The notes under the pieces were generated by a model. The model was not told the origin of the DNA and did not search any database. It worked only from the letters and a program-made list of their open reading frames with translations. A DNA stretch of 64,000 nucleotides, from contig OZ245033.1 in NCBI GenBank assembly GCA_965224025.1, forward strand, positions 2,304,001 to 2,368,000, read 5' to 3'. The DNA is from Candidatus Multivorans sp. (GTDB lineage: Bacteria > Acidobacteriota > Thermoanaerobaculia > Multivoradales > Multivoraceae). Positions 52,465-62,965 of this stretch are shown piece after piece (the stretch's first letter is position 1; every line of letters begins with the position of its first letter). The translations under genes and the position numbers were made by a program.

Positions 52465-54211
52465 ATGGCTAGTCGGCGGGTGATCGATGACGTCGACTCC
52501 TGCGCTCCGCGACGTGTAGTGCCCGGTGAGGACGCAACCCGGGTGTGTGAGAACCAAGCCGGCACCCGTCGGCTAACGATTCGGTTGTCTCCTTCGGACG
52601 GAGACAGTGGTCTACCTGCCGGTGCAGAAGCACCACTCGGCACGACCGAGATAGTCGCGGCACCGGCGGAGATGTGGCGGGAGACGCCGGTCAGCCTGTT
52701 GCCAAGGTGGCTCGCCGATTCGAAGGCACTGGTCCTCACGCGCACCCGTGAGCGGTGGAGGGTGCAGGCCCTCGGCGAGGATCAACTCTCCGAGTTGCGC
52801 GACGTGCCGGCGGATGAGGATGCGGTGGAGCTTGCACTAGGGCCTGCGGCCGATGTTCCCGTGCAGGTGACGGCGGATCGCTCGCCGCTCTTTGGCGCCC
52901 GCCCGTCCCTGGTACGCCCGGGAGCTTCGCAGACAGGCGGGCGGGGATCTACGTTGCGGCCGATGGGCGCACTGCCGCTGCCGGAGGCCGGTTCATGGCC
53001 CGCCGCGAGACGGACAACATGAGTAGCCACCGTCCTCTCGCGCCAGACGGCTCGTTCTCCATCGATCTGCCGGGCGGCGCCTACGAGCTGGAGTTGTCTG
53101 CCGGCAACACCGGTTCGCGGCGTCTCAGGGTTAGCGGAGTGGCGGGGGAGACTCGGGACCTGGGCGTCGTTGCGGCTTCGGCTTCCGCCTGGGTCTCTGG
53201 TTCGTTCTGAGTCCCGAATACCTGCCGGTGGCAGGGGCATCCGTGTCGCGTGAGCGTTCGGACGAGATGGGCCCACTATGGGCCTGGGCTCTCGGCAACG
53301 TCGACCAGGTGACGACGAACGCCGAGGGCTACTTCGAACTGTTCGGGCTGGAATTGGGCTCCTCGATCATTCGGGTGGAGGCAGACGGTTTCGCACCACT
53401 GGAGTTCTCCGTAGAGGCGGCCGGACTTGAGTGAGTGGATGCCGGTACGGTTGAGCTCTCCCGCGGTCGCCGCGTTCTGGTGCGGTCCGACGTGAAAAGA
53501 GGTGAGGTGGTCATTGATACGGGCGGAATCGGACATCCGCGGGAACTCGTCCACAAAGCACTCAGCGAAGCGGAGGCGTTGCTTGAGGCAATCCCCGACG
53601 GTTCGTTTGTCGTGCAGGTTCTGGAAGATGGCGTTCCGGTCTGCGAGCTGGACGAGGAGAGGGAAGAGGGAGATATCGCGGTGCGCTGCAACCGCGGCAC
53701 GGTCTCGGTCTCCGGCCGGGTAGCGATCGGCGAGCAGCCGGGAGATGGCATGCTCGTTTGGCGGCAGAAGAGCCGGGCAGCTCTACCCGAAGGCGGCTTG
53801 ACTACTCGCGGGGTCCCCTTACCCAGTACGCAAGTCGTATCCAACCGGCCGCGGGAGAGGGAGGCGATGCTCGATGGCGAGGGCCGCTACCGGGCCGACG
53901 GCCGCTGGGTCTTCTCGCCCTGGCAGGATCTGCGGCGGGCGCTCGACGAGGGAGTGGAGCTGGATCCGTATGAGTCCGCTTCAACCCTTGTCCTCGCCGG
54001 CGAGAGCCCCGAAACGAGGGTCGAGGTCATTGGTCCCGGCGACTGGAATCTCGGCGCGCTCCGGATTTGGTTCGGTGGTGCGATGGTATTCCGGGTCGGG
54101 GAAGCGATCCCGCATCTCCCGGTCGGCAGCTACACGGTCCGCTGGAATGATCGGTCTCGGACCGTGCACACTGAACGAGGGCGTACCGTCGAGGTCGAAA
54201 TCGACGGCTGA
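52465..54211 (+). pseudogene. Fragmented carboxypeptidase-regulatory-like (beta-sandwich repeat) domain protein
   Basis: Consecutive same-strand pieces broken by stops/frameshifts (DGSFSIDLPGGAYEL; TTNAEGYFELFGL...VEADGFAP; LPVGSYTV...GRTVEVEI). Confidence 0.7.
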
Positions 54212-54565
54212 CCGCGTCGGAGTCTCGTAGCCTGAGACAGGGCGTAGTGGGTCAGCAAAGCGTCTACGCTGGACCCATAATCGGGCCGCCCGCATCAGCT
54301 CCGAGAGCGTCGCGCCGACGGGCTCGGCCTTGGCCCGCCACTCTCACCTGGTCGCCCTCGATCGGGAGGTCCGCGAGCTCCTGCAGCTTGATCGCGGTGA
54401 CTATGCGAGGCGATCCTCGCAACCCGGAGTCCGCAAGAGCCGGCCCCACGGCCGCTCGAGCCGAAAGGCGTACGGAAAGGTCAGTCCGGCGCCGCCGGAA
54501 GACTGGGGCGCCGCGAGCGCCGTCTCCGGAGCAAGGAGCCGCCGCGGCTGCCCTCCCTGCTGACC

Positions 54566-54666
54566 CTAGTGTTGTGTCTCCGACTTGACGTGCCACTTAG
54601 GGTTGCCCAAAGGTGGGCGCTTGAGGCTCGGCTACCTGTAAACCGGTATCGGAGACACAACACTAG
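54566..54666. mobile_element. 101-bp MITE with perfect 18-bp inverted ends including CTAG
   Basis: ctagtgttgtgtctccga (54566-54583) / tcggagacacaacactag (54649-54666). Confidence 0.85.
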
Positions 54667-54671
54667 CTTGG

Positions 54672-56099
54672 CTAGTAAGCGTTCTTGGTCAGACCCCGGC
54701 GCAGGGTCAGCCACAGGATCTGGAAGTCGAGACGGAGACTCCAGTTCTCGATGTAGTAGAGGTCGTACTGGATCCGCTTGCTGATCGAGGTGTTGCCCCG
54801 CCAGCCGTGGACCTGGGCCCAGCCGGTCAGCCCCGACTTCACGCGGTGGCGCAGCATGTACTGCGGGATCTCGTTGCGGAACTTGCGGACGAACGCGGGA
54901 CGCTCGGGGCGGGGGCCGACGATCGACATGTCGCCGCGGAAGATGTTCCAGAGCTGGGGCAGCTCGTCGATCGACCAGCGCCGCAGGAAGGCGCCGATTC
55001 GGGTGCGACGGGGATCGTCCTCGACCGCCCACACCGGCCCGGTGGTGGATTCGGCGCCCATCCGCATCGAGCGAAACTTGAGGATCATGAAGGAGCGGCC
55101 GTCGAGCCCCATACGCTCCTGCCGGTAGAACAGCGGTCCGCGGTCCTCAAGCTTGATCAGCACCAGAACGACCGGCAGCAGGGGCAGCAGCACGGCCATG
55201 GCCGCCAGGGAGGCGCCGATGTCGATCGTCCGCTTGGCCAGACTCGACCAGCCCTCCATCGGCACGTGGGAAAGGTTGATCACCGGCGTGCCGTCCACGT
55301 CCTCCATGTCGGCGCGCAGCGTCGAGTACTGCAGGACGTTCGGCACCAGTCGGATCTCGATCAGCTCGTTGCCGATGCGGTCGAGCAGGTTGAGGATCTT
55401 CCGGTGCGCCTCGAACGGCAGGGCGATCATGACCTGATCGACGTGGTATCGCTCGATTGCTGCTTCCAGGTCGTCGAGAGTGCCGACCACGCTGACGCCG
55501 CTGACGCGCTCGCCGGATTGCCTGTCCGGGTCGTCGTCCAGGAAGCCCACGACCTCGTAGCCGAGCTCCCGGTGCCGGACCAGTTTGACGGCGATCTCCT
55601 CGCCGCTGTCGCCGGCGCCGATGATCAGGATGCGGCGCACGTTGTGCCCTCGTCGCCGGACCACGCGCAGGAAGGCGCGGGTGACGAAGCGGAGCAGTGC
55701 GACCAGGAAGATGTCGCTGACCGCGAACAGAGCAAAGAAGGCGCGGCTGTAGGAGAATGGGTCGTCGCTGCCGGCCTGAGTCACGCGGTCGAAGGTGAGG
55801 ACTGCGGTCAGGATCACGAGCGCCAGCACGGTGGCGACGACGATGCTGATCAACTCGTCCACCCGGCTGTGTCCGCGCCGGATGCGGTAGAGGCCGTGGA
55901 AGTAGTAGACCGTGGGCCAGATCAGCAGGATGAAGGGCAGCATCCTGAGATACGGCTCGAAGTCCGGCACGGACTTCGTCACTTCGATCACGGGCTGCAC
56001 GAAGCGCAGGTACCAGGCCAGGAAGAAGGCGCCGACCGTGGCGGCGACATCGCCGGCGATGTTCAGCGTGGCGGTAACGCGGAGTCGCTTCTGGAGCAC
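54672..56099 (-). CDS. Undecaprenyl-phosphate glucose phosphotransferase (WcaJ-like)
   Basis: N-terminal TMs, IIGAG, KRTID, KFRSM, IDELPQLWN..GDMSIVGPRPE, GLTGWAQV. Confidence 0.93.
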   Translation of the reverse strand: MLQKRLRVTATLNIAGDVAATVGAFFLAWYLRFVQPVIEVTKSVPDFEPYLRMLPFILLIWPTVYYFHGLYRIRRGHSRVDELISIVVATVLALVILTAVLTFDRVTQAGSDDPFSYSRAFFALFAVSDIFLVALLRFVTRAFLRVVRRRGHNVRRILIIGAGDSGEEIAVKLVRHRELGYEVVGFLDDDPDRQSGERVSGVSVVGTLDDLEAAIERYHVDQVMIALPFEAHRKILNLLDRIGNELIEIRLVPNVLQYSTLRADMEDVDGTPVINLSHVPMEGWSSLAKRTIDIGASLAAMAVLLPLLPVVLVLIKLEDRGPLFYRQERMGLDGRSFMILKFRSMRMGAESTTGPVWAVEDDPRRTRIGAFLRRWSIDELPQLWNIFRGDMSIVGPRPERPAFVRKFRNEIPQYMLRHRVKSGLTGWAQVHGWRGNTSISKRIQYDLYYIENWSLRLDFQILWLTLRRGLTKNAY

Positions 56100-56189
56100 G
56101 GTTCTGGGATCGTGGGAATGGAGGCGCCCGACTCTGGCGGACGCTGGATGTTAGCAATCCGGGCTAGGAGTGGCGCCGCGGGACGGCGG

Positions 56190-57329
56190 TCAGTATCCCG
56201 TCTCCCCGAGCACGTCGCGGTAGATCGCGAGGGTGCTCTCGGCGGCCGCCTGCCACTGGAATCCGGCGGCGCGGGAGGCGGCGCGGTCGGCGAGCCGCCG
56301 GGCGTGGTCCCGGTCCATCATGCAGCGTTCGATGGCTCTCGCGATCTCCTCCACCTCGAGGGGATTGACGAGTTCCGCGTAGCCTCGGGCAATCTCCTTG
56401 AGCGACGACGTGTTTGACGTGATCACAGGCGCCCGTGAGGCCATCGCCTCGACCACGGGCAGACCGAAACCCTCGTACAGGGTGGGGTAGAGGAACAGGC
56501 TCGCGCCCTGGTAGAGCGCCGGAAGGGCGCGCGCCGGCACATGGCCGGCGAGGTGGACGTGATCGCCGACCCCGAGCTGGCGGGCGCGGCGCTCGAGCTT
56601 GAAGTCGCTGCCGGGCCGCGCGCCGACGCAGACGAGGGGCGCTTCGAAGCCGGCCCGCGAACGGGCCCTGGCGTACGCCTTGAGCACCCGGTCCAGGTTC
56701 TTGTGGGGCTTCGGATTGCCGACGAACAGCAGGTACGGCTGCTGGACTCCGACGGCCTCCAGACGGGCGCCGAGTTCTTCCGCGCCGAGCACTTGCCGGA
56801 AACGATCCTCGACGCCGTTGTACACGACCTTGATCTTCTCTTCCGGGATGTCGAAGTAGTCGAGAACGTCGCTGCTCGTGTTCTGGGACACGGCAATGAT
56901 CCGGTCGGCTCGGTTGACGCTGTGGCGAAACATGCGTTGAGCGTAGAGGGACGCCATGCGACTCGGCAGGAAGCCGGGGTAGAGCAGGTGGATGATGTCG
57001 TGGATCGTGACCACCGTCGTACACGGAACGATCGCCGGCAGGACGTAGTGGGTGGCGTGGTAGAGGTCCAGGCGCGACCGCGAGATGCGCCAGGTCATCA
57101 TCCCGATCTCGCGCAGCGAGTAGACCGGCGACCGTTCGACGACGCAGCGGAAGTTTGCCGGCAGATCGGCAGCGAAGTCGCGATCCTCGGGGCGGACGAA
57201 GAGGACGTACTCGTTGGCGCCAGCTTCCTGCTCGCCCTGGATCCGAGCGAGACCGCGGATCAGGTTGGAGACGTAGACGCCAATCCCGAAATCGCGGACC
57301 TTGCGGGCATCGATGCCGATTCGGGCCAC
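56190..57329 (-). CDS. Glycosyltransferase family 4
   Basis: IGIDAR, VVTIHD, VVYNGV, PHKNL, YEGFGLPVVEAMA; GTG start 57329. Confidence 0.93.
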   Translation of the reverse strand: MARIGIDARKVRDFGIGVYVSNLIRGLARIQGEQEAGANEYVLFVRPEDRDFAADLPANFRCVVERSPVYSLREIGMMTWRISRSRLDLYHATHYVLPAIVPCTTVVTIHDIIHLLYPGFLPSRMASLYAQRMFRHSVNRADRIIAVSQNTSSDVLDYFDIPEEKIKVVYNGVEDRFRQVLGAEELGARLEAVGVQQPYLLFVGNPKPHKNLDRVLKAYARARSRAGFEAPLVCVGARPGSDFKLERRARQLGVGDHVHLAGHVPARALPALYQGASLFLYPTLYEGFGLPVVEAMASRAPVITSNTSSLKEIARGYAELVNPLEVEEIARAIERCMMDRDHARRLADRAASRAAGFQWQAAAESTLAIYRDVLGETGY

Positions 57330-57433
57330 GGTGCAAGCGTAGCGCGGAGACCCGCGGAAGGCAGGCGCCCGACCCTGATAGGGTCCTGCACCACGGCCCT
57401 GCCTGCTGCCCGATTCTGGTAGCGTATTCCGCC

Positions 57434-57685
57434 ATGACGACCGCGACGTTCGACACCTTGGCAACGGCCCGCAAGCTGACGGAGTCCGGTCTGGAAACCG
57501 CTCAGGCTGAGGCTGTCACCGAGGCCATCCGCGCCGCGGTAACGGAGGGTGTCGCGATGAAGGCGGACTTGGCGGCATTGAGGGCGGATGTCGCGGCCAT
57601 GGAGTTGCGTCTCACATGGCGGATTCTCGGCGGAGTGGCCGTGTTGCTCGCGCTTGCGACTGCTCTGGGTCGACTGCTTGGGTGA
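57434..57685 (+). CDS. DUF1640/CCDC90-like small coiled-coil membrane-anchored protein
   Basis: FDTLATARKLTESG...QAEAV...KADL...LRLTWR plus C-terminal TM. Confidence 0.75.
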   Translation: MTTATFDTLATARKLTESGLETAQAEAVTEAIRAAVTEGVAMKADLAALRADVAAMELRLTWRILGGVAVLLALATALGRLLG

Positions 57686-57750
57686 GTTCCCGGCGCGACC
57701 TGAACTTGCAGTCGCGGTTTGAGGCAGCGGACGCTCGGCGGTGAACTGGC

Positions 57751-58305
57751 ATGCTTCTACAGCTTGACCAGGCCCGCAACGGCCCCCTGCGTTGGCAAGA
57801 CGCCATAGCGGTTCCGGCCGCTGATCTCTTGCGGGACCAGGCTCTCATCCTGGGCAATGTCGAATGCGAGGGCAGCCTGACCTTCACCGGGCCGGATTTC
57901 CTGCTTGAAACCCGGCTGCGCTATCGCCACCGGCTCCATTGCGACCGTTGCCTCACTGCGTTCAAGGAGGATGTCGAACTGCCGCTCATGTTCGTCGTCA
58001 CCGTGCACGGCGGGGCCGCCCCTGCAAACGGGACGGGTAGCGTCGACGAACACGGCGGCCGAGAGCTGGCGCCGGAGGATTTGTCCACCCTGACCGCGGT
58101 GGACGGCGCGTTCGACCTCGGCTCTCTCGTGCGGGAGCAGGTCGAGTTGAACGTGCCGATGAAACCGATCTGCAAAGCCTCCTGCAGCGGCCTGTGCCCG
58201 CAGTGCGGCGCCGACCGGAACAGGGAGGCCTGCGCCTGCTCCGCCGACCGGGTCGACCCGCGCTGGTCGGGCCTGGAGGCGATCCGCGAACGAGTTGGGC
58301 GCTAG
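57751..58305 (+). CDS. yceD: DUF177/YceD family protein
   Basis: CDRCL, PMKPICKASCSGLCPQCG, DPRW; upstream of rpmF. Confidence 0.9.
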   Translation: MLLQLDQARNGPLRWQDAIAVPAADLLRDQALILGNVECEGSLTFTGPDFLLETRLRYRHRLHCDRCLTAFKEDVELPLMFVVTVHGGAAPANGTGSVDEHGGRELAPEDLSTLTAVDGAFDLGSLVREQVELNVPMKPICKASCSGLCPQCGADRNREACACSADRVDPRWSGLEAIRERVGR

Positions 58306-58377
58306 GATTGCGCGCCGGCGAAGCAACGGTGCAGCCCGCTGACAATCAAGCTGAACACTCAGAAAGGAACCCTTGAA

Positions 58378-58563
58378 ATGCCAAACCCCAAACGACGGCA
58401 CTCGAAGGCGCGTCGCGACCGGAGACGGGCCCATGACGGGCTCAAGCGGCCAGCCGGCTCGGTATGCCCGAACTGCGGCGAAACCAAGCTGCCGCATCGC
58501 GCCTGCAGCCACTGCGGCCACTATCGTGGGCGCGACGTGGTCGATATCGACGACGTGCTGTAG
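58378..58563 (+). CDS. rpmF: 50S ribosomal protein L32 (Zn-ribbon form)
   Basis: [19 protein letters not shown]...CPNCG...[12 protein letters not shown]. Confidence 0.97.
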   Translation: MPNPKRRHSKARRDRRRAHDGLKRPAGSVCPNCGETKLPHRACSHCGHYRGRDVVDIDDVL

Positions 58564-58608
58564 CCGACGGTTGGAGGGCGCTAGACTGGTGGTTTCCGAA
58601 GGACAGAG

Positions 58609-59679
58609 TTGGCCCTGAAATTGACGGATCGAGCCTCCACGCGAACTCCGACCGTGATCGCCGTCGACGCGATGGGCGGGGACCACGCTCCCCGGACGGT
58701 GGTTGAGGGCGCGCTGCTGGCGGCGCGCCAGCGCGAGCTGCGGCTCCTCCTGGTGGGGCGCCGGCCGATCCTCGAGCAGGAGATCGAGAAGTTCGATCCC
58801 GGGGATGGTGTTCGGCGCCGGGTCGAGATCGTGCATGCCGGCGAGGTCGTCGGCATGTGCGAGTCCGCGCTCGCGGTGCGGCGCAAGCGCGACTCTTCGG
58901 TGCGTGTCTGCGCCCGCCTGGTCAAGGACGGCCGGGCGCAGGCCATGGTGACCGCGGGCAACACCGGCGCCGCACTGGTCGCCGGCAAGATGGTGATCGG
59001 CGTCGCCCCCGGAGTCGATCGCCCGGCGCTGGCCGTGACCATGCCGCGGCGCGTCGGTCGAACCATCCTGCTGGACGCGGGCGCCAACGTCGACTCGAAG
59101 CCCGACCAGCTCCGTCAGTTCGCGGTCATGGGCCACTACCTGGCCCAGCAACTGCTGCGGATGAACTCGCCGCGCATCGGCCTGTTGTCGATCGGCGAGG
59201 AAGCCGGGAAGGGCACCGACCTGGTCCGCGAGGTGTTCAAGTCGCTCGACGCCACGGGACTCAACTTCGTCGGCAACGTCGAGGGCCGCGACGTCTTCAG
59301 CGGCACGACCGATGTCGTCGTCTGCGACGGCTTCGTCGGCAACGCGATCCTGAAGAGCGCCGAAGCGCTCGCGGAGTTCGTGGGCGGCCAGTTGCGCGAG
59401 GAGATGGGCCGCACACTCCGGTCGCGGCTCGGCTATCTGCTGGCCCGGCCCGCCTTCGACCGCTTCAAGAGCCGGATCGACTACAGCGAGTACGGCGGCG
59501 CGCCGCTGCTCGGCCTGCGCGGCGGTTGCTTCGTCGCCCACGGCCGTTCGTCCGCCCACGCGATCTGCAGCGCGGTGCGGCGCGCGGTGGAGTTCTGCGA
59601 GGCGGACATTCACGTCAAGGTCAGCGCCAAACTGTCGGAGGTCGCCTTCGAGGCGGCGCCAGAGGCGGTAGCGGGATGA
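58609..59679 (+). CDS. plsX: Phosphate acyltransferase PlsX
   Basis: IAVDAMGGDHAP, AGNTGA, RPAL, DAGAN, DGFVGN, HGRS. Confidence 0.96.
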   Translation: MALKLTDRASTRTPTVIAVDAMGGDHAPRTVVEGALLAARQRELRLLLVGRRPILEQEIEKFDPGDGVRRRVEIVHAGEVVGMCESALAVRRKRDSSVRVCARLVKDGRAQAMVTAGNTGAALVAGKMVIGVAPGVDRPALAVTMPRRVGRTILLDAGANVDSKPDQLRQFAVMGHYLAQQLLRMNSPRIGLLSIGEEAGKGTDLVREVFKSLDATGLNFVGNVEGRDVFSGTTDVVVCDGFVGNAILKSAEALAEFVGGQLREEMGRTLRSRLGYLLARPAFDRFKSRIDYSEYGGAPLLGLRGGCFVAHGRSSAHAICSAVRRAVEFCEADIHVKVSAKLSEVAFEAAPEAVAG

Positions 59680-60719
59680 CAAACGGACTCAGGCCAGCTT
59701 CTACCAACCATGCACGGCGGGTCTGGATCGCCGGCACCGGGAAGGCCGTGCCGGACAAGATTCTCACCAACGCCGACTTCGAGCGCATGATCGACACCTC
59801 GGACGAGTGGATCGTCGCCCGAACCGGGATCCACGAACGACGGGTCGCCACCGACGACGAGTACACGTCGGTCTTCGCTGTCAAAGCCGCGCGCGAGGCG
59901 ATGGAGATGGCGGGCGTGCAGTCCGCGGAGGTGGATCTCGTCCTGATCTCGACGGTGACGCCGGACATGCCCTTCCCTTCCACTGCCTGCCTGGTGCAGG
60001 AAGAGATCGGTGCGAAGGAGGCGACCTCCTTCGATCTGAACGCGGGCTGCACCGGCTTCATCTACGGTCTTTCAGTCGGGCAGCAGTACGTCGCGAGCGG
60101 CGCTGCCTCGACGGCTCTGGTGATCGGCGCCGAGTCGCTGACCAAGTTCACGGACTATGAGGACCGCTCGACCTGCGTTCTGTTCGGCGACGGCGCGGGC
60201 GCGGTTGTGCTACGGGGTGAAGACCCCCCGGCGCCGAGTTCGGAGAACGGGCTGCCGGGCGTCCTCTCCGTGGCGATCCACAGCGATGGTTCGCTGGCCC
60301 GCCTCCTCGAGATGCCGGGCGGCGGCAGCCGAAATCCTCCGAACCGTCCAGAGACGCTGGAAGCGCGGCTGCCCTTCATCCGGATGCTCGGCAACGAGAC
60401 CTTCAAGGTGGCGGTCCGCACGCTGGCCGAAGTCTCGGGCGAAGTGCTCGCCGACGCCGGTCAGGCGCCGGAAGACGTCAAGTGGCTCATTCCCCATCAG
60501 GCGAACCGCCGGATCATCGACGCCGTGGGTCGCCGCATCGACGTGCCCGCCGACCGCGTGTACGTCAACGTCGATCGCTACGGCAACACATCGGCCGCGT
60601 CCATCCCGATCGCGCTCGACGAACTGAACCGCGACGGTCGGATCGACTCCGGGGACCTGGTCCTGATGGCGGCCTTCGGCGCCGGGTTGACCTGGGGCGC
60701 CGCCGCAGTCCGCTTCTAG
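59676..60719 (+). CDS. fabH: 3-oxoacyl-ACP synthase III
   Basis: DTSDEWI..RTGI, AGCTGF, LFGDGAGA, PHQAN, GNTSAAS, FGAGLTWG; start ATG 59676. Confidence 0.96.
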   Translation: MTNGLRPASTNHARRVWIAGTGKAVPDKILTNADFERMIDTSDEWIVARTGIHERRVATDDEYTSVFAVKAAREAMEMAGVQSAEVDLVLISTVTPDMPFPSTACLVQEEIGAKEATSFDLNAGCTGFIYGLSVGQQYVASGAASTALVIGAESLTKFTDYEDRSTCVLFGDGAGAVVLRGEDPPAPSSENGLPGVLSVAIHSDGSLARLLEMPGGGSRNPPNRPETLEARLPFIRMLGNETFKVAVRTLAEVSGEVLADAGQAPEDVKWLIPHQANRRIIDAVGRRIDVPADRVYVNVDRYGNTSAASIPIALDELNRDGRIDSGDLVLMAAFGAGLTWGAAAVRF

Positions 60720-60736
60720 TGTCCCGCCGCCGTCCC

Positions 60737-60780
60737 CTGGGAACGCGGGCGTCTCGCCCGCATCCGGCGCCGAGCGTCGG
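60737..60780 (+). repeat. Dispersed REP-like hairpin, family A
   Basis: ctgggaacgcgggcgtctcgcccgcatccggcg. Confidence 0.8.
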
Positions 60781-60801
60781 ACCTTGGAATGGTCCTGTTG
60801 G

Positions 60802-61728
60802 ATGAGTGGGGTGGCGTACGTCTTTCCGGGTCAGGGCTCGCAGTGGGTCGGCATGGGCCGGGCGTTGGCTTTGGCCTTTCCGGAGGCGCGGGAGGTCTTC
60901 GAGGAAGCGGACGACACCCTCGGTTTTTCGCTGTCCGTGCTCTGCTTCGAGGGGCCCGAGGACGAGCTTCAACTAACGGCCAACACGCAGCCCGCGATCG
61001 TCGCCGCGTCGGTGGCGGCGATCCGCTGCTACCGGGCTCAGGGTCTGGAGACGGAGACGCCGGACTTCGTCGCCGGCCACAGCCTGGGCGAGTATTCGGC
61101 GCTCGTCGCTGCCGGCGCCCTCGAACTCGGCGACGCTCTGCGCCTGGTCCGGGCCCGGGGCGAGGCGATGCAGAAGGCGGTGCCGGTGGGCGAAGGCGCG
61201 ATGGCCGCGGTACTTGGCCTGAGCGTCGAGGACACGGCGGAGGTCGCCGCCGAGGCGGCGGGCGACACCGGCGGTGTCTGCCAGCTCGCCAACCTGAACG
61301 CGCCGGGGCAGATCGTGATCGCCGGCGCCGGGGAATCGGTGGAGCGGGCAATGGTGCTGGCGAGTGGCCGGGGCGCGCGCCGGGCGATTTTGCTGCCCGT
61401 CTCGGCCCCCTTCCACTGCGCCCTGATGGCGCCGGCCCGCCGGGCAATGGCGCCGCTGATTCAGGCGGCGCCGATGGCGGACCCACAGGTACCGGTGGTC
61501 TGCAACGTGGATGCGGCGCCGGTGACCAGCGCTTCCGCGGCCAGGTACGCGCTGGTCCGGCAGATCGACGGCCCCGTGCGCTGGGCGGAGTCGGTGACGG
61601 TCATGGCGGCCGAAGGCGTCGGCCGGCTGATCGAGTTTGGCCCGGGTAAGGTGCTTTCCGGCCTCGCGCGGCGGATCGATCGAAAGCTGAAGGTCCGGTC
61701 GGTGGCCGAGCCGGGCGACATGGAGTGA
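60802..61728 (+). CDS. fabD: Malonyl-CoA:ACP transacylase
   Basis: FPGQGSQ, GHSLGEY, VSAPFH, EFGPGKVLSGL. Confidence 0.96.
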   Translation: MSGVAYVFPGQGSQWVGMGRALALAFPEAREVFEEADDTLGFSLSVLCFEGPEDELQLTANTQPAIVAASVAAIRCYRAQGLETETPDFVAGHSLGEYSALVAAGALELGDALRLVRARGEAMQKAVPVGEGAMAAVLGLSVEDTAEVAAEAAGDTGGVCQLANLNAPGQIVIAGAGESVERAMVLASGRGARRAILLPVSAPFHCALMAPARRAMAPLIQAAPMADPQVPVVCNVDAAPVTSASAARYALVRQIDGPVRWAESVTVMAAEGVGRLIEFGPGKVLSGLARRIDRKLKVRSVAEPGDME

Positions 61729-62480
61729 CGACCGTGAGCATCTTCGACTTGAGCGGACGGACGGCGCTGGTCACCGGCGCCTCGCGCGGGATCGGCCGCG
61801 CCTGTGCCGTGCTGCTGGCGCGCCAGGGCGCCCGCGTGGTGCTGGCGGCCCGGAACGAGGAGCTGCTGGGGGAAGTCGCGGCCGAAATCGCCGCCTCGGG
61901 AGGCGAGGCCCATGCCATGGCGCTCGATCTGGCCGATCACGAACAGGTACCCGGCGCGGTGCGGCAACTTCCGAAGGAGTTCGCGGCGGTCGACATCCTC
62001 GTCAACAACGCCGGCATCACGGCCGACAACCTGTTGGCCCGCATGACCCTGGACCAGTGGCAGCGGGTGCAGGACGTGAACCTGACCGGCGTCTTCGTCC
62101 TCACCAAGGCGCTCGTGCGGGGTATGATGCGCCGCCGCTTCGGGCGGGTCGTTTCCGTGTCATCCGTCGCCGGTGTGCTCGGAAACGCCGGGCAGGCGAA
62201 CTATGCCGCCTCGAAGGCCGGGCTGATCGGATTCAGCAAGTCCCTCGCCCGTGAGCTGCTGAGCCGGGGGATCACGGTGAACGTCGTCGCGCCGGGCTTC
62301 ATCGAGACGGACATGACCGCCGCGATGCCGGATGGCGCCGGCGAGCGCTTCCTGGAGCAGTACGGCGTGGTGCGCCTCGGCACGGTAAACGACATTGCGC
62401 CCGCGGTGTTGTTCCTGGCAAGCGACGAAGCGTCGTACGTCACCGGCGAGGTCCTGAGCGTCAGCGGTGGGATGACTTGA
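61725..62480 (+). CDS. fabG: 3-oxoacyl-ACP reductase
   Basis: TGASRGIG, NNAGIT, YAASKAG, PGFIETDMT; within the fab cluster. Confidence 0.95.
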   Translation: MTTVSIFDLSGRTALVTGASRGIGRACAVLLARQGARVVLAARNEELLGEVAAEIAASGGEAHAMALDLADHEQVPGAVRQLPKEFAAVDILVNNAGITADNLLARMTLDQWQRVQDVNLTGVFVLTKALVRGMMRRRFGRVVSVSSVAGVLGNAGQANYAASKAGLIGFSKSLARELLSRGITVNVVAPGFIETDMTAAMPDGAGERFLEQYGVVRLGTVNDIAPAVLFLASDEASYVTGEVLSVSGGMT

Positions 62481-62521
62481 GAACAGCACTGGAGCGCGGC
62501 AGAACTGCCGGAAGCCGACTC

Positions 62522-62558
62522 TTCGCGCCGGATGCGGGCAAGATGCCCGCGTTCCCAG
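62522..62558 (-). repeat. Dispersed REP-like hairpin, family A (reverse orientation)
   Basis: Reverse complement ctgggaacgcgggcatcttgcccgcatccggcgcgaa. Confidence 0.85.
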
Positions 62559-62653
62559 GTCAGACCATTCTGCAGTGCAAGCTTGTATAGTCTCCGTCTG
62601 TCAGCGGGCCGGAGACGTCAACCCTGCGCGAATTTCCCTAAAGAGGAACCAGA

Positions 62654-62893
62654 ATGTCCGTAGTCGAAAAGGTCAATAGCATCATTGTCGAGCAGCTCGG
62701 AGTCGATGCCGACGAAGTCACTCCGCAGGCCAGTTTCACCGACGACCTCGGTGCGGACTCGCTCGACATCGTCGAGTTGGTCATGGCCTTCGAGGAAGAG
62801 TTCGGCATCGAGATTCCCGATGAGGATGCCGAGAAGATCGGCTCCGTCAAGGAAGCCACCGACTACATCCAGGCGCACGGGGGCGATAACTAG
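62654..62893 (+). CDS. acpP: Acyl carrier protein
   Basis: [20 protein letters not shown]. Confidence 0.98.
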   Translation: MSVVEKVNSIIVEQLGVDADEVTPQASFTDDLGADSLDIVELVMAFEEEFGIEIPDEDAEKIGSVKEATDYIQAHGGDN

Positions 62894-62965
62894 CTGCCAG
62901 AGGCCGGCGCCCTGGCCGGGTCCGGCCGCCCCAAGCGGGTCCGCTGACGGATTCGTGTCATGCAC

